NCBI GenBank assembly: GCA_963662405.2
Contig: CAXXKT010000001.1
Location: 2,304,001-2,368,000, forward strand
Reading direction: 5' to 3'
Length of the DNA: 64,000 nucleotides
DNA from: Syntrophales bacterium
Lineage (GTDB): Bacteria; Desulfobacterota; Syntrophia; Syntrophales; UBA2210
The notes under the pieces: generated by a model
The model's database searches: none
Seen by the model: only the letters and a program-made list of their open reading frames with translations
Told to the model about the DNA's origin: nothing
In this document: positions 1 through 10,805 of the stretch, one piece after another
Position numbering within the stretch: the first letter of the stretch is position 1
Layout of the letters: each line of letters starts with the position of its first letter
Made by a program: the position numbers and the translations under genes

Positions 1-2
1 CC

Positions 3-308
3 AGCACGGTTGAGGCGATCAGACTGGTTGAAGCGGGTGTGGTGAGCGTGGAGGACGTGGATAAGGGGATGCGTCTTGGCTTCGGACGACCCATGGGGCC
101 TTTTGAGACCTCTGACATGGCCGGTCTCGATGTGGTCTACAACGCCTATAAGGCCGTCTATGAAGATACGGAGGACGAGAAGTTCTGTCCCCCGGAGATC
201 TTCCGCAGGAAGGTGGAGCGGGGCGAGTTGGGGCGCAAGACCGGCACCGGCTGGTATCGCTACGACGAAAAGGGTAAGAAGCTGGGACCGGCGGATCTGC
301 CGGAATAG
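3..308 (+). CDS. 3-hydroxyacyl-CoA dehydrogenase, C-terminal part (truncated by window edge)
   Basis: Frame is open from position 3; VEDVDKGMRLGFGRPMGPF...GRKTGTGWY is the 3HCDH C-terminal signature. Confidence 0.9.
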   Translation, partial: STVEAIRLVEAGVVSVEDVDKGMRLGFGRPMGPFETSDMAGLDVVYNAYKAVYEDTEDEKFCPPEIFRRKVERGELGRKTGTGWYRYDEKGKKLGPADLPE

Positions 309-386
309 CTGCTGTTTATGAAGAGCCTCCCATGCGGGGCTTTGTGGATGACAGAGATACAGTCTTTACACGAGAGGAGAGTACCT

Positions 387-1166
387 ATGAGCGAGCAGGT
401 TGTGAGTTATATTATCGAGGATGGGATTGCGACCGTGACGATCAACAATCCCCCCATGAACCCTTTGGTAACGGCCGTCAGGGATCAGCTTTCGGCGATT
501 ATGGGGGAACTCGCGGGGAAGCTGGATGAGGTCAAGGCGGTGATTCTCACCGCAACGGGGAAGGCCTTTGTCGCCGGAGCCGATATCAAGTCGTTCCCGG
601 AGTTGAATCAGGAAAAGGCGAAAGCGCGGCTGAAAATAACGCGTCCCCTCTACCAGCAGATGGAGGATTTCACGCGTCCCGTCATCTGTGCCATCAACGG
701 TTACTGCCTCGGCGGCGGTCTGGAACTTGCCATGAGCTGTGACGTCCGTATCGCATCGACGAAGGCACAGTTCGGTCAGCCGGAGATCAACCTGGGTATC
801 ATCCCCGGTGGAGGCGGGACCCAGCGTCTTCCTCGCCTCGTGGGGGCCGGCATCGCCAAGGAGTTGATCTACACGGGAAAGTTTATCAGCGCCGAGCGAG
901 CCGCAGTCATCGGTCTTGTGAATGCCGTGGTGGAGCCGGATAAACTGATGGACGAGGCCAAGGAGATGGCAGCGCTCATCGCGAGCAAGCCCGTCCTCGC
1001 CGTGAGGGCCGCCAAAGAGGTGATTAATCACGGGCTTAATATGACCCTGAGTGAGGGACTCGATCTCGAATCGATGCACTGGAGCTACCTCTGCGGGACC
1101 GAGGACCAGAAAGAGGGTACCAATGCCTTCATTGAGAAGCGTAAACCGACCTTCGTGGGGAGGTAG
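387..1166 (+). CDS. crt: enoyl-CoA hydratase (crotonase)
   Basis: [19 protein letters not shown] and [19 protein letters not shown] motifs; ATG 387 follows SD GAGGAG. Confidence 0.9.
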   Translation: MSEQVVSYIIEDGIATVTINNPPMNPLVTAVRDQLSAIMGELAGKLDEVKAVILTATGKAFVAGADIKSFPELNQEKAKARLKITRPLYQQMEDFTRPVICAINGYCLGGGLELAMSCDVRIASTKAQFGQPEINLGIIPGGGGTQRLPRLVGAGIAKELIYTGKFISAERAAVIGLVNAVVEPDKLMDEAKEMAALIASKPVLAVRAAKEVINHGLNMTLSEGLDLESMHWSYLCGTEDQKEGTNAFIEKRKPTFVGR

Positions 1167-1244
1167 AGGCGGTGTTGGTGCGTGGTGGTAATCAGATAGA
1201 ATCAGTGATAACGAGATTGGATAATCAGAGAAAGTAAAGGGGTT

Positions 1245-2138
1245 ATGAATATGGAAATCAAAACGATCATGGTGGTGGGTTCAGGATTGATGGGGGGCGG
1301 TATCGCTCAGGTCGCAGCCCAGGCAGGGTATAATGTCATCATGAACGATGTCAAGATGGACTTTATCGATAAAGGGTTCAACAACATCGCCGGGCTTCTG
1401 GACAGGAAGATCAAAAAGGGCAAGATGACGGAAGAGGATAAGGCGACGATTCTGGGCCGTATCAGCAAGTCGGTCGACTTTAATGCCGCCAAGGATGTGG
1501 ATTTTGTCATCGAGGCCGCCTTTGAGAACCTGGAGGTCAAGAAGGGTATCTTTCAACAACTCGATGCTATCTGCGGTGAGAACGTGATCTTTGCGTCGAA
1601 TACCTCCTCTATTCCGATCACCACGCTGGCCGCGGCGACGGGGCGCCCTGACCGTTTTATCGGGATGCATTTCTTCAGTCCCGTCCCGGTGATGCGTCTG
1701 GTCGAGGTCATCCCCGCCCTGAAGACCGCCGAAGAGGTGATCGCGGCGACGGAAGCGCTCGCGGCGAAGATGGGGAAAGAGACGGTCCGCGTGAAGGATG
1801 TACCGGGATTCTTGGTCAACCGGGCCAATGCGGCCTTTCGTGCTGAATGTTATAAATGCCTCCTGGAGGGTGTTGCCAGCCTCGAGGACATCGATAAGGC
1901 GATCAAGCTTGGTTTGAATCATCCCATGGGTCCCTTTGAATTGGGCGATTTTGTCGGCGTGGAGATTGGGTACAATGTCTTCAAGACCCTGTACGAGGGA
2001 TATAAGGATCCGAAATTCGCCCCCTCCTTGATCCTGGAGAAGCTTGTCATCAGTGGAGACCTGGGAAAAAAGACGGGGAAGGGGTGGTACGATTATACCT
2101 CCGGAGAGAGAAAACCCCGGACGGATCTCAAGTTTTAG
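1245..2138 (+). CDS. hbd: 3-hydroxybutyryl-CoA/3-hydroxyacyl-CoA dehydrogenase
   Basis: GSGLMGGGIAQ Rossmann motif, SNTSS, GMHFFSP. Confidence 0.92.
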   Translation: MNMEIKTIMVVGSGLMGGGIAQVAAQAGYNVIMNDVKMDFIDKGFNNIAGLLDRKIKKGKMTEEDKATILGRISKSVDFNAAKDVDFVIEAAFENLEVKKGIFQQLDAICGENVIFASNTSSIPITTLAAATGRPDRFIGMHFFSPVPVMRLVEVIPALKTAEEVIAATEALAAKMGKETVRVKDVPGFLVNRANAAFRAECYKCLLEGVASLEDIDKAIKLGLNHPMGPFELGDFVGVEIGYNVFKTLYEGYKDPKFAPSLILEKLVISGDLGKKTGKGWYDYTSGERKPRTDLKF

Positions 2139-2234
2139 TAACAGCAGCTCGGGAGTGCCCGGGTCAGTGTGAAAATGTAGAGATATGACACGGCCCCGGC
2201 CGGTGCGATCGGCTGGCGTAGTGAGGAGGTTGAA

Positions 2235-3485
2235 ATGAGAGAAGTAGTCATTGTTGATATGGCGAGAAGCGCCATCGGCAGGCACGGTGGGACGATTAAG
2301 AATCTTCCCTTCTGGGACCTGCTGGCTCAGACGGCCAAGGCGGTTGTCGATAGGAACAGCGGGAAGATCGCTCCCGAGATGTATGATTATGTGATTATGG
2401 GTCATGTGAAGCAGAGCACGGTCGTGTCAAACACGGCACGCAACCTGGTATTAATGATCGGGCTCCCCGAGGAGGTGCCGGCTTTTGCCGACACCGTTGC
2501 CTGCGCCTCGGGGATGCTCTCGATCATGGAAGGGTATGAGTTCATCAAGAACGGTTTTGCTGATGTTATCCTGGCTGGTGGTGTCGAGTGGATGAGCGGT
2601 GGCGAGTATTTTCTCTCCGATACGAGCAATCATTCCTTCGGTAACGGTGATGTGAAGCTCTTGGATTCGATTACTACCGGCGGACCCGGGGCGGCTCCGG
2701 TGGAACGATACGGCAATATCCCCATGGGGATCACCGCCGAGAATCTCGTAGAGATGCACAATATCTCCCGCGAGGAACAGGATATCTTCTCCCTGCGCAG
2801 TCAGAAACTGGCCGTGCAGGCGATTGAAAACGGCGACTTCAAGGCCGAGATCGTTCCCGTCCGGTACGAAAAGGACGACGGGACCATCGGTATCTTTGCG
2901 GTCGATGAATTCCCCCGGAAGGAGACGACGCTCGAGGGGCTGGCAAAGCTCAAACCCGTTTTCAAGAAGGACGGAACCGTAACGGCGGGAAGCTCGTCGG
3001 GAAGAAACGATGGAGCGGCGATCTGCCTCATCATGTCACGGGAAAAGGCGGACGAATTGGGCGTGACACCCCGGGCGCGGATTCTCAGTTGCGGTCTGGC
3101 GGGTGTCGACCCGAAGATCATGGGGAGGGGCCCGGTCCCCTCCACGGCGATCGCAATGAAAAAGGCGGGGATGACCCTGACCGATATGGACATCGTAGAA
3201 CTGAACGAGGCCTTTGCAGGCCAGTCTCTCGCTGTCATGCGGGAATGGAAGGAGATGTACGGGATCGACGACAAATGGCTCGACGAAAACGTGAACCTCT
3301 GGGGAGGCGCGATCGCCCTCGGGCATCCCCTCGGCGCCAGCGGCTGCATCATCACGACCAAGCTGTTCTACGGACTGGAGCGCACCGGTAAGCGCTACGG
3401 CCTGGCCACCCTGTGCTGCGGAGGCGGCATCGGCGGGGCCATTATTATAGAGCGGCTTGAGGGCCGGGAAGGAGGTGCCCAGTGA
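2235..3485 (+). CDS. acetyl-CoA C-acyltransferase (thiolase)
   Basis: CASG, NEAF, GHPLG and CCGGG catalytic motifs all present. Confidence 0.92.
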   Translation: MREVVIVDMARSAIGRHGGTIKNLPFWDLLAQTAKAVVDRNSGKIAPEMYDYVIMGHVKQSTVVSNTARNLVLMIGLPEEVPAFADTVACASGMLSIMEGYEFIKNGFADVILAGGVEWMSGGEYFLSDTSNHSFGNGDVKLLDSITTGGPGAAPVERYGNIPMGITAENLVEMHNISREEQDIFSLRSQKLAVQAIENGDFKAEIVPVRYEKDDGTIGIFAVDEFPRKETTLEGLAKLKPVFKKDGTVTAGSSSGRNDGAAICLIMSREKADELGVTPRARILSCGLAGVDPKIMGRGPVPSTAIAMKKAGMTLTDMDIVELNEAFAGQSLAVMREWKEMYGIDDKWLDENVNLWGGAIALGHPLGASGCIITTKLFYGLERTGKRYGLATLCCGGGIGGAIIIERLEGREGGAQ

Positions 3486-4669
3486 AGGAAACAGTATTTG
3501 TCAGCGCGGTGAGGACACCGATCGGAAGATATATGGGATCACTCAAGACCGTGAGGATCCAGGATCTGGCGGCGCATACGATGAAGGCGGCGATCGAGCG
3601 GGCCGGAATAGACTCGGACGCCCTCGATATGAGCATCTACAGCCAGTCGATGCAGAGCAGCTTGCCGGCGAACGTAGGGCGGCACGCCTGGACACTGGCC
3701 GGCCTGAGTGAGAACCCGGCGGGGTATACTTTTAATACCCTCTGTGCCGGTGCGCTCCAGACGATGATCAGCGGTTTCAACAAGATCGTCGGCGAGGAAT
3801 ACCGGGGGATGCTGGTCGGCGGTGTGGAGAGCTATAGCCTGGCTCAGTACTACCTGTTCCACCCGCGGTACGAATTCGGGCCGCACAGCCTCTGCTTTAA
3901 CGATGCAAAACTGGAGGTTGAAATGAATGCTCAGCCGGAGGAAGAGTATGGGGAACTGACGGCGGCTACGCTCGCCGACATGGTTGCTGCCCGATACGGC
4001 TTTACCCGGAGTGTTCTGGATGCCTATACCCTGTGTGACAAAGAGAAGGCCGTCGCGGCGATCGAGAGTGGCCGGATTGCCCCGCAGATCAAACCCGTAA
4101 TCGTCAAGCAGCGAAAGAAAGAGACCGTTGTTGAGGCGGACGAATTGCCGGAGACGGTGACCATGGAGGAACTGATGGTCCTGACGCCGGAGAATGAGGG
4201 CGGGACGGCGACGGACGCGAATGTCGCACCCTGGGCGGACGGCTCGGCGTCGTTGATCATGTTGTCCGCTGAGCGGGCGGAGGAACTGGGGGCGAAACCC
4301 CTGGCAAAGATGGTCGGCTTCGGAGTCGCGGCCGGCAATCCGACACTTCCCGAATTGATAGCGGTTCGCTCGATGGAGAAGGCACTGGCCATGTGCGGGT
4401 TGGGGGTCGATGATCTGGACTTCTTCGATATCCATACCCCATCGGCCGCCTACGGCATCACTGTCGAGGAGATGCTCGGTGAAGCGACTGCCGGGAAGGT
4501 GAATGTGGACGGCAGCTCCCTCTCCTTCGGTCATCCCGGTGCGGCGACCGGCGCGATTATGGCGACCGGTATGATACACCGACTGGCGGGTAAGGCGGGC
4601 AGTCGGGGCCTGATCAATGTTGCGGCCCTGGGTGGACAGTCTCTTTCTCTCATTATCGAAGGGTGCTGA
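3482..4669 (+). CDS. thiolase-family protein with degenerate active site
   Basis: Thiolase fold (RTPIG, TLCAG, GHPGA) but HTPS replaces NEAF and AALGG replaces CxGGG; 4-bp overlap with the upstream thiolase. Confidence 0.85.
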   Translation: MKETVFVSAVRTPIGRYMGSLKTVRIQDLAAHTMKAAIERAGIDSDALDMSIYSQSMQSSLPANVGRHAWTLAGLSENPAGYTFNTLCAGALQTMISGFNKIVGEEYRGMLVGGVESYSLAQYYLFHPRYEFGPHSLCFNDAKLEVEMNAQPEEEYGELTAATLADMVAARYGFTRSVLDAYTLCDKEKAVAAIESGRIAPQIKPVIVKQRKKETVVEADELPETVTMEELMVLTPENEGGTATDANVAPWADGSASLIMLSAERAEELGAKPLAKMVGFGVAAGNPTLPELIAVRSMEKALAMCGLGVDDLDFFDIHTPSAAYGITVEEMLGEATAGKVNVDGSSLSFGHPGAATGAIMATGMIHRLAGKAGSRGLINVAALGGQSLSLIIEGC

Positions 4670-4744
4670 CAGGACGATTGGTGAGCTTACGCATATAAGG
4701 ATGTATAATATTACGGAAAGATACCACAAGGAGGTACGGAGTTA

Positions 4745-5902
4745 ATGGATTTTGCACTGACGGAAGAGCAACAGATGCTCCAGGATATGGCGAAAAACTT
4801 CGCCGAGGGGGAGATCGCGCCCCACGTAGACGAGGACGAGGAAAACCACCACTGGCGAAAAGGGATATATGACCAAATGGCGGAGCTGGGATTCTTCGGT
4901 TTCAGTATTGATGAAGAATTCGGCGGCAATGGGATGGGATTCCTCGAGGGCGCGCTTGCCATTGAACAGGTGGCCAAGGTTCATACCTCTTGGAGAATGG
5001 CCTTCAATATGCAGGACTGGGGACCGGCCTTGACGATCCAGAAGTTCGGGACCGATGAGCAGAAGAGGGAGTATATCCCGAAATTTGTCAGTGGTGAGTA
5101 CATCGGCAGCTTCGCCATGACGGAACCCGATTTTGGTTCCGATGTAGCGGGGATGAAGTGCCGTGCCGAGGACAAGGGGGATCACTTCCTGGTGAACGGC
5201 AACAAAATGTTTATCACCAACGGCTCGATCTGCGACTCCGGTCTTCTGTATGTGAAGACCGACAAGGACGCCGGGGCCAAGGGAGTAACCTGCCTCATCA
5301 TGGACTACAGCCTGCCGGGGATCAGCCGAACAAAGATGACGGAGAAGGTGGGTCTCTGGGCCTCCGACACGGGAGAGATAACATTTGAAAACGTCGAGGT
5401 TCCCAAGGAACTCGTCCTGGGTGAGGTGAATAGAGGGTTCCAGATCTGCATGACGCAGCTGAACGCCACGCGGCTCGGCTGTGCGGCCGGAGCTCTGGGC
5501 CTGTCCGGTGCCTGCCTGGAGGCCTCGGTTCAGTATGCAAAAGAGCGGAACCAGTTCGGCCAGCCGATAGGAAAGTATCAATTGATCCAGCAGCAGATAG
5601 CCGAGATGAAGATGGAGCACGAGGCGCTGGCGGCCCTGGTCTACAAGGCCGCCTGGCTGAAGGACCACAATCTTCCCAATGTGATGGAGACCTCCATGGC
5701 GAAACTGTTTTCTGCAAAGGCGGCCGTCCATGCGGCGAATGAGTGTATGAAGCTACACGGTTCCTTCGGGTACTCGACGGAATATCCCTGCGGGCGATTC
5801 CTGAGAGACTGCAAGCAGTTCGAGACGCTGGAAGGCACTTCGAACATGCACACCATGATCGTCGCGAATGCGACGCTGGGGTTTGCCAAAAACAGGATAT
5901 AG
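4745..5902 (+). CDS. acyl-CoA dehydrogenase, likely non-decarboxylating glutaryl-CoA dehydrogenase
   Basis: AMTEPDFGSD, QFGQPIG, GYSTEYP, EGTSN; RxxFNM and C-terminal NR recall glutaconyl-CoA-forming enzymes; gcdA is nearby. Confidence 0.75.
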   Translation: MDFALTEEQQMLQDMAKNFAEGEIAPHVDEDEENHHWRKGIYDQMAELGFFGFSIDEEFGGNGMGFLEGALAIEQVAKVHTSWRMAFNMQDWGPALTIQKFGTDEQKREYIPKFVSGEYIGSFAMTEPDFGSDVAGMKCRAEDKGDHFLVNGNKMFITNGSICDSGLLYVKTDKDAGAKGVTCLIMDYSLPGISRTKMTEKVGLWASDTGEITFENVEVPKELVLGEVNRGFQICMTQLNATRLGCAAGALGLSGACLEASVQYAKERNQFGQPIGKYQLIQQQIAEMKMEHEALAALVYKAAWLKDHNLPNVMETSMAKLFSAKAAVHAANECMKLHGSFGYSTEYPCGRFLRDCKQFETLEGTSNMHTMIVANATLGFAKNRI

Positions 5903-5920
5903 GACTATACGAAAAGACTA

Positions 5921-6029
5921 CTCAGGTTCATAGGTTCACGGTTCACAGCCGTTAATGTGCCGCTGGATGCTTTCATGCTTCGTGCTGTACACCTTCTGCT
6001 ATGCCCTTGCTGTGAGCCGTGAACCTGAG
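5921..6029. repeat. intergenic inverted repeat built from GGTTCA(C) units
   Basis: ctcaggttca-taggttcacggttcacagc (5921-5949) pairs with gctgtgagccgtgaacctgag (6009-6029). Confidence 0.7.
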
Positions 6030-6064
6030 CAGTTGCGATACTTCCACGTTCGACCGGAGGGCTT

Positions 6065-6580
6065 ATGCAGGGGTGCGTACAGGTTTACACGGGAGACGGA
6101 AAAGGAAAGACGACGGCGGCCTTGGGGCTGGCACTGCGGGCCGCCGGTGCCGGATTGAAGGTCTATCTGGCACAATTCGTTAAGGGGATGCATTACAGCG
6201 AGCTCGACGCCCTTGATCGCTTTCAGGACACCATCACCGTGAAGCAGTACGGCCGTGACTGCTTTATATACAAAACTCCCCAAGAGCAGGATATTCTGGC
6301 GGCCCGCCGTGGTCTTGAAGAGACCTGCCGAATCGTGGCGTCCGGCGCCTACGATGTGGTCATTCTCGATGAGGCGAACATCGCTACCCACTACAAACTC
6401 TTTTCAGTCGAAGATCTCCTCGCGTGTATCGATGCGCGCCCTCCCCACGTCGAGGTGATTATTACGGGGAGGCGGGCCGACGCGAGGATTATCGAACGGG
6501 CCGATCTGGTGACGGAGATGAAGGAGATCAAACATTACTATGCTAAAGGGGTACCGGCCCGTGACGGCATAGAAAAATGA
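6065..6580 (+). CDS. cobO: cob(I)alamin adenosyltransferase (CobO/BtuR)
   Basis: VYTGDGKGKTTAALG, VILDEAN, ITGR, ADLVTEM. Confidence 0.92.
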   Translation: MQGCVQVYTGDGKGKTTAALGLALRAAGAGLKVYLAQFVKGMHYSELDALDRFQDTITVKQYGRDCFIYKTPQEQDILAARRGLEETCRIVASGAYDVVILDEANIATHYKLFSVEDLLACIDARPPHVEVIITGRRADARIIERADLVTEMKEIKHYYAKGVPARDGIEK

Positions 6581-6608
6581 TACGTTCAGTGTGAGGAGAT
6601 TGGATGAG

Positions 6609-7013
6609 ATGAAGATCTTATGTGTGGACCACATCGGCATCGCGGCCGACAGCATAGAGGGAAGTGCGCAGTTCTATACGCAGGTGCTGGGAATCGAGAT
6701 GAGCGGCGTAGAAGAAGTCGCAGAGCAGAAGGTCAAAACGGCATTTCTCCCGGTGGGTGAATCCGAGCTTGAGATACTGGAGTCGACGGCCCCTGACGGA
6801 CCTATTGCCCGGTATATCGCCAAGAACGGAGAGGGGATACAGCACATTGCCCTGCGGGTTGACGATATTGACGCGGCCCTTGCGGAACTCAAGGAGAAGG
6901 GTGTCAGGCTGATCGATGAGGTGCCCAGGCGCGGCGCGGGTGGCACAAAGATTGCCTTTCTGCACCCCAAGGCCACCGGGGGGGTACTCCTCGAACTGTG
7001 CCAGAGAGACTGA
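6609..7013 (+). CDS. mce: methylmalonyl-CoA epimerase
   Basis: DHIGIA, GIQHIALRV, FLHPKATGGVLLELC; next to the mutase genes. Confidence 0.9.
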   Translation: MKILCVDHIGIAADSIEGSAQFYTQVLGIEMSGVEEVAEQKVKTAFLPVGESELEILESTAPDGPIARYIAKNGEGIQHIALRVDDIDAALAELKEKGVRLIDEVPRRGAGGTKIAFLHPKATGGVLLELCQRD

Positions 7014-7050
7014 ACATGGGATGGCCATTCTAATGGGAGGATGAAAAGGG

Positions 7051-8586
7051 ATGACGAATCAGGAGAAACTGGACGCGCTGAGGAAAAGGGCGGAAAAGAT
7101 CGAGGCGGGTGGCGGTGAGAAGGCCACCCAAAAGCTGCATGCGACCGGGAGGCTGACGGCCCGGGAGCGCCTGGCCCTCCTCTTTGATGAGGGGAGCTTC
7201 GTGGAACTGTACAAGCATGTCGAGCACCGGTGCACGAATTTCGGTATGGATACGAAGGAGATACCTGGTGAGGGAGTAGTGACCGGGTACGGCGCCGTCG
7301 ACGGACGGACCGTTTTCGCCTATGCGCAGGACTTCGGCGTCATGGGCGGGTCGCTGGGCGAGATGCATGCCACCAAGATCGTCAAATGTCTCGACCAGGC
7401 CACGAGGACGGGATGCCCGGTTGTGGGCATGAATGACTCCGGCGGGGCTCGCATCCACGAGGCCGTCGATGCCCTCGCCGGCTATGGGCGGATATTTTAT
7501 AAGAACACCATGGCCTCCGGCATTATCCCCCAGATCTGCGCGATCATGGGTCCCTCGGCGGGCGGTGCTGTTTATTCCCCCGCCTTGATGGATTTTGTCT
7601 ACATGGTCGAGAAGGATTACGCCCAGATGTTTATCACCGGCCCGCTGGTGGTGAAGTCCGTCACGGGCGAGGAGGTTTCCGCCGTGGAGCTGGGAGGGGC
7701 GATTACGCATAACCAGAAGAGCGGCAATTCGCACTTTGTCGCCGCCACCGATGAGGACTGTATTGCCCAAATTAAGCAACTTCTCAGTTATCTGCCGTCG
7801 AATCATAAGGAGCGTCCCCCCGCTCTTCACTGCGAAGACCCGACCGACCGCCGGGATGATGCCCTCAATACGATTGTTCCCGAGAGCAGCAAGCGTCCCT
7901 ACGATATGAAGAAGCTGATTCGAATGGTGGTAGACCACGGCGAGATTTACGAAAGCCAGGCTCTTTTTGCCCGCAACATCATCACCTGCTTTGCTCGGAT
8001 GGCCGGGGCTCCTGTTGGTATCATCGCAAATCAGCCGATGTTCATGGCGGGCTGTCTGGACATCAATGCCTCCGACAAAGCGGCCCGTTTCATACGATTT
8101 TGTGATTGCTTTAACATCCCCCTTTTGACCTTCGTCGATGTCCCGGGGTACCTGCCGGGGATCAACCAGGAGTTCGGGGGGATCATCCGTCACGGGGCCA
8201 AGTTGCTCTACGCATACCCCGAAGCGACCGTGCCGAAAATTACCATTGTTGTTCGTAAGGCCTATGGTGGGGCCTATCTCGGGATGTGTTCCGGCGAGGC
8301 CGGGACCGACATGGTCCTCGCCTGGCCGTCGGCCGAGATTGCGGTCATGGGAGCAGACGGCGCGGCGGATATCATCTTCCGGGGTGAGTCGGAGGAGGTG
8401 CGGCAGCAGAAGAAGGCCCGGTACGTCGAGGAATTTGCCACGCCGTACCAGGCGGCCTCTCATGCCATGGTCGAGCAGGTGATCGAACCGAGAGAAACGC
8501 GACCGATGATTATCAGTGCCCTGAAGATGCTGGAGAACAAGGAGGAGGAGCGTCCCTGGAAGAAACACGGGAATATTCCCCTGTAA
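7051..8586 (+). CDS. acyl-CoA carboxyltransferase (methylmalonyl-CoA decarboxylase alpha / PccB-like)
   Basis: DSGGARI, AGGAVYSPAL, DVPGYLPG, RKAYGGAY, KKHGNIPL. Confidence 0.9.
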   Translation: MTNQEKLDALRKRAEKIEAGGGEKATQKLHATGRLTARERLALLFDEGSFVELYKHVEHRCTNFGMDTKEIPGEGVVTGYGAVDGRTVFAYAQDFGVMGGSLGEMHATKIVKCLDQATRTGCPVVGMNDSGGARIHEAVDALAGYGRIFYKNTMASGIIPQICAIMGPSAGGAVYSPALMDFVYMVEKDYAQMFITGPLVVKSVTGEEVSAVELGGAITHNQKSGNSHFVAATDEDCIAQIKQLLSYLPSNHKERPPALHCEDPTDRRDDALNTIVPESSKRPYDMKKLIRMVVDHGEIYESQALFARNIITCFARMAGAPVGIIANQPMFMAGCLDINASDKAARFIRFCDCFNIPLLTFVDVPGYLPGINQEFGGIIRHGAKLLYAYPEATVPKITIVVRKAYGGAYLGMCSGEAGTDMVLAWPSAEIAVMGADGAADIIFRGESEEVRQQKKARYVEEFATPYQAASHAMVEQVIEPRETRPMIISALKMLENKEEERPWKKHGNIPL

Positions 8587-8672
8587 GAGAGGACCGTTAT
8601 CTCTTGACAGGAGAGGAAATTGTGTACGAGGGATAGAATAGTACGAAACGTCGAGAAGGGGAGAATGTGATC

Positions 8673-10805
8673 ATGCCAGAACATCGTGATAAAAAGAAAT
8701 GGGAAGAACTTGCGGAGAAGAGCCTGAAGGGGACGTCAGTTGACACCCTCACCTGGATGACGCCGGAGGGGATATCGGTCAAGCCTCTCTATACGGCCGA
8801 AGACCTTGAAACGCTGGAGTGCGTCAACACCCTTCCGGGTCTTCCCCCTTATATCAGAGGACCGCAGGCCACGATGTATGCGCAGCGGCCCTGGACGATC
8901 CGGCAGTATGCCGGCTTCTCCACGGCGCGAGAGTCGAACGAATTCTATCGGCGAAATCTCGCCGCCGGTCAGAAGGGACTGTCGGTGGCGTTCGATCTGG
9001 CGACTCACCGGGGGTATGACTCCGATCATCCCCGGGTGATCGGTGACATCGGAAAGGCCGGTGTCGCAATCGATTCGGTGGAGGATATCAAGGTTCTCTT
9101 CGACCAGATTCCCCTGGACAAGATGTCCGTCTCCATGACGATGAATGGTGCCGTTCTCCCGTGTCTCGCCGGGTATATCGTTGCGGCCGAAGAACAAGGG
9201 GTCACGCAGGACCAGCTTTCAGGGACCATCCAGAACGACATCCTGAAGGAATATCTTACGAGAAACACATACATCTACCCCCCGGCCCCCTCCATGCGGA
9301 TCGTATCGGACATCATCGGGTACTGCTCGAAGCACATGCCCCGGTACAACACTGTCAGCATCAGTGGGTATCACATGATGGAAGCCGGGGCGAACTCCGT
9401 TCTGCAGACCGCCTTTACCCTGGCCGACGGCGTTCAGTATGTGCGAGCGGCCCTTGACGCGGGGCTCGATATCGATGCCTTCGCACCGCGGCTCTCTTTT
9501 TTCTTCGGGATCGGGATGAACTTCTTCATGGAGATCGCCATGCTCAGGGCGGCTCGTTTCCTCTGGCATGAGCTGATCAGCCGGTTTAATCCGAAAAACC
9601 CCAAATCCGTGATGCTCAGGACCCACTGCCAGACATCCGGTTGGAGCCTGACGGAACAGGACCCCTATAACAACATTGTTCGGACCACCATCGAGTGCCT
9701 GGCCGCCGCCTTGGGAGGGACGCAGTCCCTCCATACCAACTCCTTTGATGAGGCCGTGGCTACCCCCTCCGACTTTTCCGCCCGGATCGCGCGGAACACC
9801 CAGATCATCGTCCAGGAGGAATCCGAGATATGCCACGTGATCGACCCACTCGGCGGGTCGTATTACGTTGAGGCCTTGACGAACGGAATTATCCAGGAGG
9901 CCCGGAAGATTATCGAAGAGGTGGAAGAACTGGGCGGGATGGCCAAGGCGATCGAGACCGGAATGCCGAAGATGCGGATTGAAGAATCAGCGGCCCGGAA
10001 GCAGGCGCGGATCGACCAGGGGTTGGATGTCATCGTCGGTGTGAACAAGTACCAGATCGAGGAAGAACCCCTCGACAATATCCGCGAGGTGTCGGAGGCG
10101 GTTCGCGATGAGCAAATTGCCCGGCTGCATGAGCTGAAGAAACAGCGGAATCCCGATGCCGTACGGAAGGCCTTGGAGGCACTGACCCATTGCGCCGAAA
10201 GCAACGATGGGAATCTGCTGGAGGTGGCGATTGCCGCCTCCCGCGCGCGAGCAACGGTCGGGGAGATCTCGGGAGCCCTGGAGAAGGTCTTTGGACGGTA
10301 TATCGCCACGACCCAGTGCATATCGGGGGCCTATGCAGCCGAGTATGCCGATAACGAAACATTTTCCTCCGTCAAGAAGCGGGCGGGCGACTTTATGGCA
10401 ACCGAGGGGAGAAGGCCGCGGATGCTGGTCGTCAAGATGGGCCAGGACGGGCACGACCGCGGAAGCAAGGTGATCGCCACGGCCTATGCCGACCTCGGAT
10501 TTGATGTGGATATCGGTCCCATGTTCCAGACCCCCGCCGAGGCGGCCAAGATGGCGGTTGAAAACGATGTGCATGTCATCGGTGTCTCAAGCCTGGCCGC
10601 CGGGCACAAGGCATTGATCCCCCAGCTGATCGAGTACCTCAAGAAAGAGGGGGGGGAGGACATCACGGTTATTGCCGGTGGGGTTATCCCCCGGATTGAT
10701 TACGATGCTCTCTATGATGCCGGCGTGGCGGCGATATTCGGTCCGGGTACGCCTATACTGGAATCCGCCAACGCGGTTCTCAATATCCTGGAGAAGAAGA
10801 CATGA
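8673..10805 (+). CDS. scpA: methylmalonyl-CoA mutase (B12-dependent)
   Basis: [21 protein letters not shown] cobalamin-binding motif. Confidence 0.95.
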   Translation: MPEHRDKKKWEELAEKSLKGTSVDTLTWMTPEGISVKPLYTAEDLETLECVNTLPGLPPYIRGPQATMYAQRPWTIRQYAGFSTARESNEFYRRNLAAGQKGLSVAFDLATHRGYDSDHPRVIGDIGKAGVAIDSVEDIKVLFDQIPLDKMSVSMTMNGAVLPCLAGYIVAAEEQGVTQDQLSGTIQNDILKEYLTRNTYIYPPAPSMRIVSDIIGYCSKHMPRYNTVSISGYHMMEAGANSVLQTAFTLADGVQYVRAALDAGLDIDAFAPRLSFFFGIGMNFFMEIAMLRAARFLWHELISRFNPKNPKSVMLRTHCQTSGWSLTEQDPYNNIVRTTIECLAAALGGTQSLHTNSFDEAVATPSDFSARIARNTQIIVQEESEICHVIDPLGGSYYVEALTNGIIQEARKIIEEVEELGGMAKAIETGMPKMRIEESAARKQARIDQGLDVIVGVNKYQIEEEPLDNIREVSEAVRDEQIARLHELKKQRNPDAVRKALEALTHCAESNDGNLLEVAIAASRARATVGEISGALEKVFGRYIATTQCISGAYAAEYADNETFSSVKKRAGDFMATEGRRPRMLVVKMGQDGHDRGSKVIATAYADLGFDVDIGPMFQTPAEAAKMAVENDVHVIGVSSLAAGHKALIPQLIEYLKKEGGEDITVIAGGVIPRIDYDALYDAGVAAIFGPGTPILESANAVLNILEKKT

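Noticed and set aside
5903..8672. Cobalamin riboswitch upstream of cobO or the mutase
   Set aside because: Intergenic gaps are short and I see no B12-box consensus
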